The notes below the pieces were generated by a model that saw only the letters and a list, made by a program, of their open reading frames with translations, had not been told where the DNA came from and made no database searches. Shown piece after piece: positions 1 to 18,732 of a stretch of 64,000 bases of DNA. This DNA is from the human T2T-CHM13v2.0 reference genome, Homo sapiens. The position numbers and the translations under genes were made by a program. Positions within the stretch are counted from its first letter, which is position 1; every line of letters begins with the position of its first letter. Location: the NCBI RefSeq assembly GCF_009914755.1, contig NC_060934.1; one strand, 5' to 3'.

Positions 1-193
1 AAAAAAAAATTGAATGCCTGTGCTCAGAGGTAGGTTATGGTGGACTCACCCTGGGGTGGGCAGCCACGCAATGCAATGGAATGAGAACAACCACAGGCCC
101 CACCCCAAGAGCAGCCCAGGGCACACCTGGGCACCCAGGGGCTCTGCTGGAGCCTTCTGAGCTGACCCAAGATAAATTCACATTAACCAGGAC

Positions 194-622
194 TGTTAAA
201 AGAAAAAAAACTTCAGCAGAATTAAAGGAGTTTAACTGAGCAATGAACGATTGGTGTATTGGGCAGCCCCCAGAATCACAGCAGATTCAGAGTGACTCCA
301 GGGGTGCCTCATGGTCAGAACAAATTTATAGATAAAAAAAGTAAAGTGACGGGCAGAAATTGGAAATGAGGTGCAGAAACAGCTGGATTGATTACAGCTC
401 AGCGTTTGCCTCATTTGATCACAGTTTGAGCACTCATCAGTGTATGACTGGTTAAAGTATGGCCACTGGGACTGGACAAGATTCAGCGATTGTTACAGGG
501 GCATACTCCTAAGTTAGGTTTTCAATCTTGTCTACCTATTAAATTAGGTTGCAGTTCATCCACAAGGACTTACATATAGAAGTATGGAGTCCTTCTCAGG
601 CCATATTTAGTTTCCTTTAATA
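194..622 (-). mobile_element. MER57-family solo LTR (ERV1)
   Basis: The reverse complement resembles the recalled MER57 consensus (AACTAAATATGGCCTGAGAAGGACTCC...GATTCTGGGGGCTGCCC...TTTTAACA). Flanks GGAC/GAAC form an imperfect 4-bp TSD. Confidence 0.8.
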
Positions 623-878
623 GAACTGAAGGAATTTCACTTTCCATAGGACACAGCATCTCAGCCCTTGAGAAGGGGAAGGACAGGGAGAATCAGAAAT
701 TCTTGTATGCCAAGCAAATGGCCAGTGTATTAGGTGAAGAAAGTGCTGAATGAGAAGTAATGTTTCCCAAAAGATGGTTCCCAAGATCATACTAAAGGAT
801 TCACAAAACAATATTTTTTATTTCGAATATTAATATGCTTAGTTCAATCAATAAAGGCAAGTGACAGTGGTTTTTCTA

Positions 879-1576
<698 letters not shown>

Positions 1577-1620
1577 TAAAATTTTTAATTTTTTAAATTA
1601 AATTTAATTTAAAAAACTTC

Positions 1621-2600
1621 TTTAGAGACAGAGTCTTGCTCTGTTTCCTAGGCTAGAGTACAGTAGCATCATCATAGCTCTTGTTGTAGTCTAGAACTCC
1701 TGGGCCCAAGTTATCCTCCTGCCTTAGCCTCCTGAGTAGCTGGGACTATAGCCACATGCCACCATACCTGGCTAATTTTAAAAAATTTTTTTGTAGAGAC
1801 TATAACTGTCCATGGAGTTCTCCTTGCCCACTGCCTAGACAGAGCCAATTTATCAAGACAGGTTAATTGCAATAGAGAAAGAGTTTAATTCATGCAGAGC
1901 CAGCTACATGAAAGATTGGAGTTTTATTATTATTCAAATAAGTGTCCCTGAGAATTCAGGGATTAGAATTTTTAATAATTTGGTGGGTAGGGGACCAGTG
2001 AGTTGGGAGCACTGATTGGTTGGCTCAGAGATGAAATCACAGGGAGTCAAAGCTGTCCTCTTATGCTGAGTCAGTTCCTGGGTGGGGTCACAGGACTGAT
2101 TGGCAGGTCCAGGTGGGACCATCAGGCTGTCAGAAATGCAAAAACCTGAAGAGACATTTTAAAAGGCCAATCCTAGCTTCTACCATGTTATCTTCAAGAG
2201 TAATTGGAGAAGTTGCAAATCTTATGATCTCTGGAATAATGGCTAGTATTATTTAGAATTCAAGTCCCTCTCATCCTTACTTGGTGGCCTTTCATTAGTT
2301 TTACAAGAACAGTTTAGTTTTAGGGAAAGGCTATTATTTAAACTATAAACTAAATTTCTCCCAAAGTGAGTTTGGCCCATGCCCAGGAATGAGCAGATAG
2401 CCAACCCGTGAGGCTAGAAACAAGGTGGAGTTGGTTAGGTCAGATCTCTTTCAACTGTCATAACTTCCTCAGTTATAATTCTTTTGCAAAGGCAGTTTCA
2501 AGACAGGGCCTCGCTGTTTTACCCAGGCTGGTCCTGAACTCCTGAGATCAAGCGATCATCCCAAAGTGTTGGGATTATAGGCATGAATCACTGCGTCCAG
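1621..2600 (-). mobile_element. Old (AluJ-like) Alu split by an LTR8 insertion (pieces 1621-1800 and 2501-2600)
   Basis: Alu sequence stops at ...TTGTAGAGAC (1800) and resumes at AGACAGGG...CCCAGGCTGGTC (2501). Confidence 0.85.
1801..2500 (-). mobile_element. LTR8-family solo LTR (ERV1)
   Basis: The reverse complement begins TGAAACTGCCTTTGCAAAAG...GAAAGAGATCTGACCTAACC, the recalled LTR8 5' end. The 4-bp TSD AGAC is at 1797-1800 and 2501-2504. Confidence 0.85.
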
Positions 2601-5023
<2,423 letters not shown>

Positions 5024-5119
5024 TTTTGATATACATATACATAGTGAAATGGCTACTACAGTCAAAAAAATTAACATATCCATCACTGTGATGCTGTGAA
5101 ATACATATATATTTTGTCT

Positions 5120-5575
5120 TGTGAACCCCAGAAATCTGAGACAGGTCTATTAATTTAGAAAGTTTATTTTGCCAAGATTGAGGACACGCACCCGTAACAC
5201 AGCCTCAGGAGGTTCTGATGACATGTGCCCAAGGTGGTTAGAGCACAGTTTGGTTTTATACATTTTAGGGAGACATGAGACATCAATCAACATATGTAAA
5301 ATGAACATTGGTTCAGTCTGGAAAGGCAGGACAACTCACAGCAAAGGTGAGAGAGGGGGCTTCCAGGTCATAGGTACATAAGAGACAAATGGTTGCATTC
5401 TTTTGAGTTTCTGATTAGCTTCTTCAAGGGGGGCAATCAGATATGCATTTATCTCAGTGAGCAGAAGGGTGACTTTGAATAAAATGGGAGGCAGGTTGGC
5501 CCTAAGCAGTTCCCAGCTTGACTTTTCCCTTTAGCTTAGTGATTTAGAAGCCCCAAGATTTATTTTTCTTTCACA
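5120..5575 (-). mobile_element. MER4A 3' LTR
   Basis: TGTGAACCCC...AATCTGAGACAGGTCT...CTTTCACA, adjacent to the polypurine tract. Confidence 0.88.
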
Positions 5576-7114
5576 TTTCCCCCCCTTTTCTTTTCAAAAA
5601 TCTTCTGGAGAAAGCATTTTAGAAGAAAATGAGTCTCTAGTCTCAGGTTTTGTCTGATTTCTCATGGCTAGGATGGTTTATTCCTAGATGGGTAGGTCCC
5701 AAGTTAAATGGGTTAAGAAAGCTCATTTTTTAGCAGGTTGTGAAGTCTCATGTCCTATGAAGAGAAAATAGGGAGAGGAAGAGAGAAAAACAACAAAAAA
5801 CAAAAGAACAATCCTGGAAAATCAATATAGGCCACATTACTCTGAAGCCCATACATCAGTAGGCAGGTACGAAAGTGGCTTATGTATATATATAAAATCG
5901 GTTGCTGTTATTTTCTTCTAAAGTTTAAGTTATCCAGCTTCAGTTCACAGGGCTTTACAAAAGCACAGCTTAGTTTCTGGTGACTCCAAATTAGGAAAAA
6001 TGGGAAAAAAGAAGGAAAAAAAAATTGAAAGCATTATTTTGCAGACTTGTAGCCAAGAAAAAAAAATTAGAATTCAGTCCAAACTGTAGAAAATAATAAA
6101 AATTGAAAAACATTAGGCAAGACCAGAATCTAACAACAGGTATACTATAGTTTTTGAAACATAATTTTTCTTTCTCCAGTTTCTCATTTTTACTAAAGAT
6201 AAATCATGGTAGGACTAATTTGCTTTATTGTACTTGGCCTGATTATTGGTATACAGTGCAACAAGAATAATTATTTTCTTTTATGTAGGCTTTTAAATGG
6301 GCTTTGATGGAACTTTGTTCCATAGAAAGAATCTTAGATAAGATTTTAAAAGCCAAGCCCAGCAATGGATTTGTACCATCAAATACCTATGAGTTGGGTG
6401 AATTCCTCTCCTCTAGAGGTTCCAAGACAAACTTGGGTCTCCTGGGCCTGTCAGAAAGTGACATTCTTTACTTCGCACAGGTCAGGAACCCTGTACAGCG
6501 ACTGTGGAGACAAGACATGAGACCAGTTTTCTCAAGGGGCTTTTATTGGCTCCATAAGTCAAGTTTGGTTCCTTAAAGGCAAGCACACCATTCCAGTCAA
6601 AGCTTTGGTAAAACAACCAGTTTCTTCAATTGTGTCCTGTTACAAATGAAAACAGATTCTTATGGCACTTATGCAAATAACTGCATTGCTGTAAGTTAAG
6701 AATACTCACAAATAGTTTCAAAATTCTGTAGAAATCAGGTAGAGAGAAAAAAATATGCTCCAAATTTTGTTTATAGGAGTATACTAAATTGCTAAAAAGC
6801 CATCAATAGCTCCAAAGGAGTTTTCTTGACTCTGAAAAAATTAAGGATTAGCAACATTTTAAGCAAAAAGTCAAAAAATTACTTCAGTTTTCTATTACTT
6901 CAGTCCATACAGTTAATTCCTATTCTGCTTGATATTCATGAATATTTCAGCTCTCCATGAGTCCTACAGTTTTTCCTCTATTCTGATGTCACAATCTTCA
7001 AAGTTATCAGAAACCTTCATTCAAGAGCACCTGTTTGAGTTTCATAGCTGGTGGTTTTATAAAACCACCATCTAAAAAGGACCAAAACAACAATTGTCCG
7101 TGGATGACAAAAGT

Positions 7115-7725
7115 TTTAAAGATAATAATACTGATTCTTGCAAAATACAGTAATTAAGAAAATTAGCTGGGCACAGTGGCTCATGCCTGTAATCCCAGCA
7201 CTTTGGGAGGCCGAGGCGGGTAGGTCACAAGGTCAGGAGTTTGAGACCAGTCTGACCAACATGGAGAAACCCCGTCTCTACTAAAAATACAAAAAAATTA
7301 GCTGGGCATGGTGACATATGCCTGTAATCTCAGCTACTCAGGAAGCTGAGGCAAGAGAACCACTTGAACCCAGGAGGCAGAGGTTGCAGTGAGCCGAGAT
7401 CCCGTCACTGCACTAGGGCCTGGGTGACAGAGTGAGACTCCATCTCAAAAAAGAAAAAAGAAAATTAATCCTTTATCACAAACCCTTGTAGCAGAGTACA
7501 TCTCCCCGTATATACCAGCATTGTACCTAGGGTGGGTGCATTCCTCCTCTTACTTTCAGGAATGTCCTGAAGTCACTATAGCTATGGAGTAGCTGTTCTT
7601 TCACCACTTCACTTTCTTAATAAACTTGCTTTTGCTTTGTACGGCGGGCTTGCCCTGAATTCTTTCTTGTATGAGATCCAATAACCCTCTCTTGGGGTCT
7701 GGATTGGGACCCCTTTCCTGTAACA
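7115..7725 (+). mobile_element. 5' MER41-type LTR, missing about 200 bp at its 5' end and containing an Alu (about 7165-7460)
   Basis: Matches the distal part of the 3' LTR (GTAATTAAGAAAA.TAATCCTTTATCACAAACCCTTGTAGCAGAG...GGACCCCTTTCCTGTAACA). Confidence 0.88.
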
Positions 7726-7731
7726 TATTTC

Positions 7732-7751
7732 TGGCGACCACACAAGGGACT
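7732..7751 (+). other. Retroviral primer-binding site, tRNA-Arg(TCG)-like
   Basis: TGGCGACCACACAAGGGACT lies a few bases after the LTR end. It is close to the complement of the recalled tRNA-Arg(TCG) 3' end (TGGCGACCACGAAGGGACT). Confidence 0.65.
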
Positions 7752-8712
7752 ATAGTGCAGAAACCCTGACCCAATGGCTACCTTTGGGTAAGTGTTGGGG
7801 TTCTGTAACATCTTTCTGGTGAACCTGAAGGGACGATACTGAAGAAACCCTCCAATCCAAAGAAATAGACTGCAGCACTGATTGGGTAACTTTGGGTAAG
7901 TGGTGGGGTACCTGGGTAAAGAATGGGATTGGGTTAGAGGCCCAACTTAGGGGAGTTAGAGTCTCTCCTAAGACAGAGTGGGTTAGAAACCCTTCTTAAT
8001 AAAAGGCAAGGATGCTTGACCAACCTCAGGTTAGAGGCCTGACTTAGGAGGGTTAGAGTCCCTTCTATGATTTGGGGGTTAGAGGTCCCTCTCAGTAAAG
8101 TCCCTCTTGGCTAAAAATGTGTTTGGCACCGCAGGCTATGCTCTTTGTATTAATCTGCCTTGTCTTCTTTGCTGCATAAATCAATTTCTTAATTGCTGTG
8201 TCTGTTTCACTGTCATTTTCAGCAGACTTTATTTAACTAGTTTTAGGAATTTTAACTTACTCTTTTCCTAAGCGCCTCCCAATTTCCATCCGTCTGCTTG
8301 TGATCGAGAAGCACTACGATGAAAATCAGGGGAATTTTATCCTTGCTGTTTCGTTTCACACTAAAAAATCTTCTTTCCTTTCTTGGATTTGGGCAAACTG
8401 GCTTTGCTTGTCCAATCCACACTGCTGCTATTGCCCAGACCTGTTTGCTCTGGTCATTCCCATCTAAATCCTCTTCATTTCCCTTTCCTTATTTGACATT
8501 TTTGTCGAAGTCCATGTTGTGGTTTATCTAAGATTCATGGCTCGGCTCACTTATGTTATCTGGAAAATGTGAATAAGAGAATTCAATTTTCGGCAGGGAT
8601 CCCCTCATTAATGCAGCTGGCCTTAATAACCTCTCTTTTTAGTGGAACTCTGCCAGTGGCAATACACTCTCGCAGGCTTGGAACTTTTCTTTCAACATCA
8701 CCTGCCTCCTTC

Positions 8713-11236
8713 ATGGGAACCATGGCATTGATTCCAAAGAACGCACCACTAGGATGCATTATTGAACATTGGGACCAGTTTAAACTGAATGGGCTTAAGA
8801 AGAGAAAACTGGTCGGTTTTTTTTTTTTTTTTTTTTTGAGACGGAGTTTTGTTCTTGTTGCCCATGCTGGAGTACAATGGTGCAATCTCAGCTCACCGCA
8901 AACTCCACCTCCTGGGTTCAAGCAATTCTCCTGCCTCAGCCTCCTGAATAGCTGGGATTATAGGCATACACCACCACGCCCAGCTAATTTTCGTATTTTT
9001 AGTAGAGACAGGGTTTCACCGTGTTGGTTAGGCTGGTCTCGAACTCCTGACCTCAGGTGGTCCACCCTCCTCGGCCTCCCAAAGTGTTGGGATTACAGGT
9101 GTGAGGCACCACGCCCAGTGAAAACTGGTGTTTCTGTGTAATACTGTTTAGCCTCAGTATTATTTGGAAAAACAAGAGAAATGGCCTCCTACTGGAACTA
9201 TGGCCTTTAATACTATACTTCAACTTATTTTTTTTTGTAAACGGGAGGGAAAATGGTATGAAATACCATATGTTCAAGCATTTTTGCAGCTCAGTCAGGA
9301 TAAAACCCTGCAGCAGGCATGTGCATGTTTGATGAAAGGAAAAGAAGAAAAAGAGGTAGTCATACTAGATGATCCTTTAATGCAAAACCCCCGGGTTCAG
9401 CGGGGAGTTTTGGGTGGAGCAGAACTTCCTTCCATCAGCTGTGAAGGTTCAGATGTGTCAGTCCTTTCTCCCTTCAGTCCACCTGAAAGTTCTATTGAGA
9501 ACCCTTCGTCCTCTCCTCCTTACAAGTCTAGTCCCATTCTATACCCACCACTCCCTGAGGAACTTAGCCCAGTGAGGACTACTCATAGCGGAGCCTCCCA
9601 TCAACCTCCAAAGGGAAATCTTTGTCCACTTAGAGAGGTGGCAAATGGGGAAGAATGCACTGTGAGAGTACATGTCCCCTTTTCTATGTCTGATTTGGTT
9701 CTATGTAAAGAGAAGTTTGGTCATTTCTCTGAAGATCCAGGAAAATTCATAGATGAGTTTAAGAAGTTAACTCTGACCTATAGTTTAACTTGGCAGGATC
9801 TTCTTGTTGTGTTGTCTCTGTGTTGTACAGTGAAAGACAATCAACACATTCTGGGGACAGCTAGGACCCATGGAGATGAGGTATTGGCTCACAACCCAAA
9901 CCATAATATATATCAGGCAGGAGGTATAGCAGTTCCAGATCAAGATCCAGAGTGGAACTACTGTAAGGTACATGGATGTGCTTTGGTCAACAATAGGCTG
10001 AGGCGGACATCTGGGCCAAAGTAACTCAGCAAGTTTAGGGTGCAGGCGCATACTCCGCTTGTTATATAACCTGTTTGTGTAAGTTCATACTTGCCTTGGA
10101 GCCACTATTGTCTGTGAAAGGTGTAACTGCCCTGTTAACACTGTACAGGCACTCTTGGGCACGACTTGACATGGCTCTCATGCAGGCACGCTGGCACCCA
10201 GAGAGAGAGAGAGAAAGAACCAGAGCTGTCTGTCTTGCAGACAGAGGGGAGCCAGGGCACAGCTTGGCATGGCACAGCACGGCTTGTGCTCGTGCCCAAA
10301 GAGAGAAAGAGTTAAGCTGCTGACCCTGAAGTCAAGGAAGGGCTGGCCACACAGCTGTGTGTGGGAGCGGCCAGCTCAAGCAGCCGAGACAAGGTGGACA
10401 GTGTAAGTAAGCTGCTGAAGTGTAAGAGCTAGTCTGAGAAAGCTGCTCATGAGAGAGCTGCTGAATAAAACTACATTTCACCTGCTTATGGCCCGTCGAA
10501 TGTTCTTTCAGTTCCCTATCCCCTGTCCACTCACTCCCCTCGGACCTCAGATGGATCTGGAACCTGGCCCTGGGCATGACATTTGGCGTAGTCGTGAACC
10601 TAACAACTATCAAAGGGGTAGTGAGGACTTGGGAAGGAGAGATCATATGGTCACTTGTTTGTTGGAAGGGATTAAGAAATGTATGAAAAAGCCGGTTAAC
10701 TATGAAAAGGTTAAGGAAGTTTCTCAGGGCAAAGAGATAAGAATCCAGCTTTTGTTGAGGCAATCACAAAATATACTAACACTGGTCCTGCCTCAAGGGA
10801 AGGATGAACCCTTTTGGGAGTACATTTTATAACCCAGTCTGCCCCTGATATCCACAGGAAACTACAAATAGCAGCTATGGGTCCCCAGACTCCTATGGAA
10901 CAGCTTTTGGATATGGCATTTTTAGGTTTTAATAACAGCGACAAAGCAGAGGAAGCAGAAAGAGCAAGAAGGACCTCCCACGAGGTGCAGCTCTTGGCTG
11001 CAGCCTTAAGCTCACCTCCCACATGGGGCTGCCCTCCTGGCTCTTAGCCTGAACAAGGGAAGCTGGAAGGTGGGAAGCCCAAAGCTGGGCATCTGAGTCA
11101 ACGTGCCTTGGGCATCAGTCAGTGTGAACACTGTAAGAAAACTGGCCATTGGAAGAGGGATTGTCCAGTGTTCCAAAGGGGGCCATCAGCACCTGAACCA
11201 ATGATGGCTGAAATAGCCAGGTGAGCCCAAGAGTGA
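8713..11236 (+). pseudogene. ERV gag pseudogene (MA-CA-NC), interrupted by an Alu (about 8814-9119) and a solo LTR (9962-10605)
   Basis: Starts with MG ([20 protein letters not shown]). MA motif WPPTGTMAFNTILQLIFFCKREGKWYEIPYVQAF; SPPY late-domain-like motif; CA motifs VHVPFSMSDL...FSEDPGKFIDEF and FITQSAPDIHRKLQ; CCHC knuckle CEHCKKTGHWKRDC at about 11123-11164. Stops and frameshifts are present. Confidence 0.9.
9962..10605 (+). mobile_element. LTR18-type solo LTR (HERVL18/HERV-S group) inserted in gag
   Basis: Starts TGTAAGGTACATGGATGTGCTTTGGTCAA (recalled LTR18 5' end) and ends GAACCTAACA, with AATAAA at about 10464. The 5-bp TSD is ACTAC/ACTAT. Removing it rejoins gag in frame (DPEWNY|QRGSEDLGRRDH). 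Confidence 0.85.
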
Positions 11237-13850
<2,614 letters not shown>

Positions 13851-14069
13851 TGAAAGGGATAGATATCACCTTTTGTCGGAACTCAGTTATAAACAACCTT
13901 CACCATACCAACGTTCTCTGACTGAGCTTCGCTCTACCCTGAATGCAAGAGATCCTAATAGTTAGGAGTATCATCACCCCATTCAACCTGAAGAAGTTAC
14001 AGAAAACAGATCTTCATTCCTGTGCAACCCTTAGGATTCAAGGTTTTCTTGCAAAGGGAGGGGGAGATA

Positions 14070-14579
14070 TGTCTGAGCCATTTGAACCAGAGCAACTCCA
14101 TTTTGAGTGAGGGCTAGGAAAATAAGGCTGAGACTTGCTGGGCTGCATTCCCAGAAAATTAGGGCTTCCTAGCCTCTCCATGCTTATGGTTAAGGGAACA
14201 AATTAATAATGTTTACTAAACAGACCCAGACTTGGATGTGTCCAGATATCCCAATATCTGGAAAACAAAGGCATTCCTAATTTTGCATAATATTGATTAT
14301 TGCAAAATATAGTAATTAAGAAAAGTAATCCTTTATCACAAACCCTTGTAGCAGAGCACATCTCCCCACATATACAAGCATTGTACCTGGGGTGGATGCG
14401 TTCCTCCTCTTACTTTCAGGAACGTCCTGCTCTGTCTATGGTGTAGCTGTCCTTTCACCACTTCACTTTCTTAATAAACTTGCTTTTGCTTTGCACTGCG
14501 GACTCGCCCTCAATTCTTTCTTGCGCGAGATCTAAGAACCTCCTCTTGGGATCTGGATCGGGACCCCTTTCCTGTAACA
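14070..14579 (+). mobile_element. 3' MER41-type LTR (MER41C/D-like)
   Basis: TGTCTGAGCCATTTGAACCAGAGCAACTCCATTTTGAGTGAGGGCTAGG...AATAAA...CCTGTAACA, preceded by the polypurine tract. Confidence 0.88.
14148..14156. promoter_or_regulatory. GAS (STAT-binding) consensus motif inside the MER41 LTR
   Basis: TTCCCAGAA fits TTCNNNGAA. Motif match only. Confidence 0.45.
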
Positions 14580-14629
14580 ATAATTTGGAACTTTCCTTCG
14601 TATTTGATCAAGTTGGATAGAGTTGGTCA

Positions 14630-14987
<358 letters not shown>

Positions 14988-15489
14988 CTAATTGCACAAC
15001 TTATATGATTACTGAGCCCTCTAATGTAAGGAGAAATTAAGATCAGCTGATTGTTAAACTTTACCAAGCCAAAACCCCAATTCAGATATTTACTTAGGGA
15101 TGGGTCTCAGGCTGAAGACTGCACTCTGCCATCCTAGAAGCAGGAAAAAAAAAAAAAAACCCGAATTCGTCTTCCTTGCTGGGAGCGAGCTCAAACTCCT
15201 TAAAGAAGTTACCTGCCTTCCATCGTCATGGAAACAGGAAATCTTGCCTTTCTTGTTGGAAGCAAGTAAAACCAAAAAAAAAAGAGGAGTTGTATAGCAA
15301 AATAAACTTTAGATCTTGACCAAATTTTGGGAGATAAGGGAATTTTCTGGAGGGGATGCTCCCACACCTCAGCAAATCGTCCTATTGGTTTGAGCCATAA
15401 AATTAGCTCATGCTGGTATCAAGCACCGATAGGAGATTTGTCAAAAGTCAGGGACATCTCCACTCAGAATACCTTTGTGATTACCAAAA

Positions 15490-16216
<727 letters not shown>

Positions 16217-17217
16217 TAATGTTGACTGATTAGTTTCAGGATGGAAGACCAAGGCATAATTAGAGGGCTGGGACTTTCAGCTCTACCCTCAACCTCCAGG
16301 AAGAGGAGAGGGGCTGAAAATCAAGTTAATCATCAATGGCCAATGGTTTAATCAGTCATGCCTATGTAATGAAGCCTCTATAAAAACCCAAGAGGACAGG
16401 TTTCTGAGAGCTTCTGGATAGCTGAACACATGGAGGTTCCTGGAGAGGGCATGGAGGCTCCAAGCTCCTTCCCTCACACCTCAATGTACACATCTCTTCA
16501 TCTGTATTCTTTGTAATATAGTATATAATAAACCAGTAAATGTGTTTCCCTGAGTTCTGCCAGCCATTCTAGCAAATTAATTGAACCCAAAGATGGGGTC
16601 ATGGGAGCCCCAACTCAAAGCCAGTCAGTCAGAAATTGCAGAGGCCTGGACTTGCCACTAGTGTCTGAAGGGGGGGCAGTTTTGAAGACTGAGCCCCCAA
16701 CCTGTGACATTATGTACACTATCTCCAGGTACGTAATGTCAGAATCGAATTGGAGGACACTCCACTGGTGTTCCCTGCAGAACTGATTGCTCACTTCGTG
16801 GTGGGGAGACCCCCCCCATACACATTTGGTCACAAAAGTCTTCTTCCATGTTGATGTTTGTTGTTCTCGTGGTCGTGTGAGAGCAGAGGTAAAGCATAGC
16901 TCGAGTTTTTCCAAACAATCACCTTCCATAGTTACTTTCTGTGTGTATATGTGCGTGTGACAACAGCACCTAAAATCTCCTGTCTTTGCAAATATTTAGT
17001 ATACAACATTATTAACTATAGTCCTCACGCTATACATTACATCTCTTACACTTATTCATCCTACCTAACTGCATATTTTTTAAAAATAATAGCACAGGCC
17101 GGGTGCAGTGGCTCACTCCTGTAATCCCAGGACTTTTGGAGACTGAGGCAGGCAGATAACCTGAGGTCAAGAGTTTGTGACCAGCCGGGCCAACACGGTG
17201 AAACCCCGTCTCTACTA

Positions 17218-17415
<198 letters not shown>

Positions 17416-17536
17416 CTAATGGTAAAATAGTGAAGCTGATGCTTTGCCGTGAAGTTGAGGAAACAATAAACAGTGATAGGTGTTCTAAGCCTGCTGGGGC
17501 ACTTCCTTCTGTCCCAGGATGCGAAGAAGTTCATTC

Positions 17537-17939
17537 TGTTAGTGGAAAATCCTTGGACAAATTGAATTTAACGAGTTTGATTAACCAAAAAACGATTCAC
17601 AAATTGGACAGCCCCTGAAAGAAGAATAGGTTCAGAGAGACTCTGGTGCTGCCACATGGTCGAAGATTTAGGAACAGAAAAAGCAAAGTGATGTATAGAA
17701 AATGGAAGGAAGAAAGGTGCAGAAATAGCTGGATTGGTTCCAGCTGAGTGTTTGCCTTATTTAAACACAGTTTGACCAGCTGGCCACCTTTGATTGGCTG
17801 GAACTGAATGCTTGATAGAAGAGTAAGTTACAGCCTGTTTACACATCCAGTTGAGTTACAGATCGCTATGTAAGAAGAAACCTTTAGGCTGATCTTAAAA
17901 TATCTAAGGAGGCAGCTTTAAGCTAAACTTAATTTAACC
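17537..17939 (-). mobile_element. MER57/MER93-like solo LTR
   Basis: Diverged homologue of 194-622 (CAGCTGGATTGG..CAGCT...GTTTGCCTTATTT..ACACAGTTTG). Confidence 0.7.
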
Positions 17940-18101
17940 ATTAATTCATTTGATTTTTAGCAACTGTTTAATTGCGTCCCTGTCTTATGCAAGACACTGT
18001 TCAAGGCCCTAGGGATACAGACAATTCAAGAAACAAGGCAATATACCATGGTAAACGAAGAAAGGATGGAGACATGAAGCAACAGAAGAAATAGATGGCT
18101 A

Positions 18102-18538
<437 letters not shown>

Positions 18539-18630
18539 TCAATGATGGAGCATTTACCATGTGTTAATCTTTGCTTATGTTATTTCTTGTTATTTCTGTT
18601 TTTTTGTTTTTTTGTTTTTTTTTTTTTTGA

Positions 18631-18732
<102 letters not shown>

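Noticed and set aside
7732-7751. tRNA gene
   Set aside because: Only a roughly 20-nt complement of a tRNA 3' end (PBS); there is no cloverleaf.
7930-8095. GGGTTAG motifs resembling interstitial telomeric repeats
   Set aside because: They are not tandem (TTAGGG)n. They are dispersed motifs within the ERV leader duplication.
10021-10030. AP-1 site reported for LTR18 elements
   Set aside because: This copy reads TAACTCA rather than TGACTCA, so the motif is broken.
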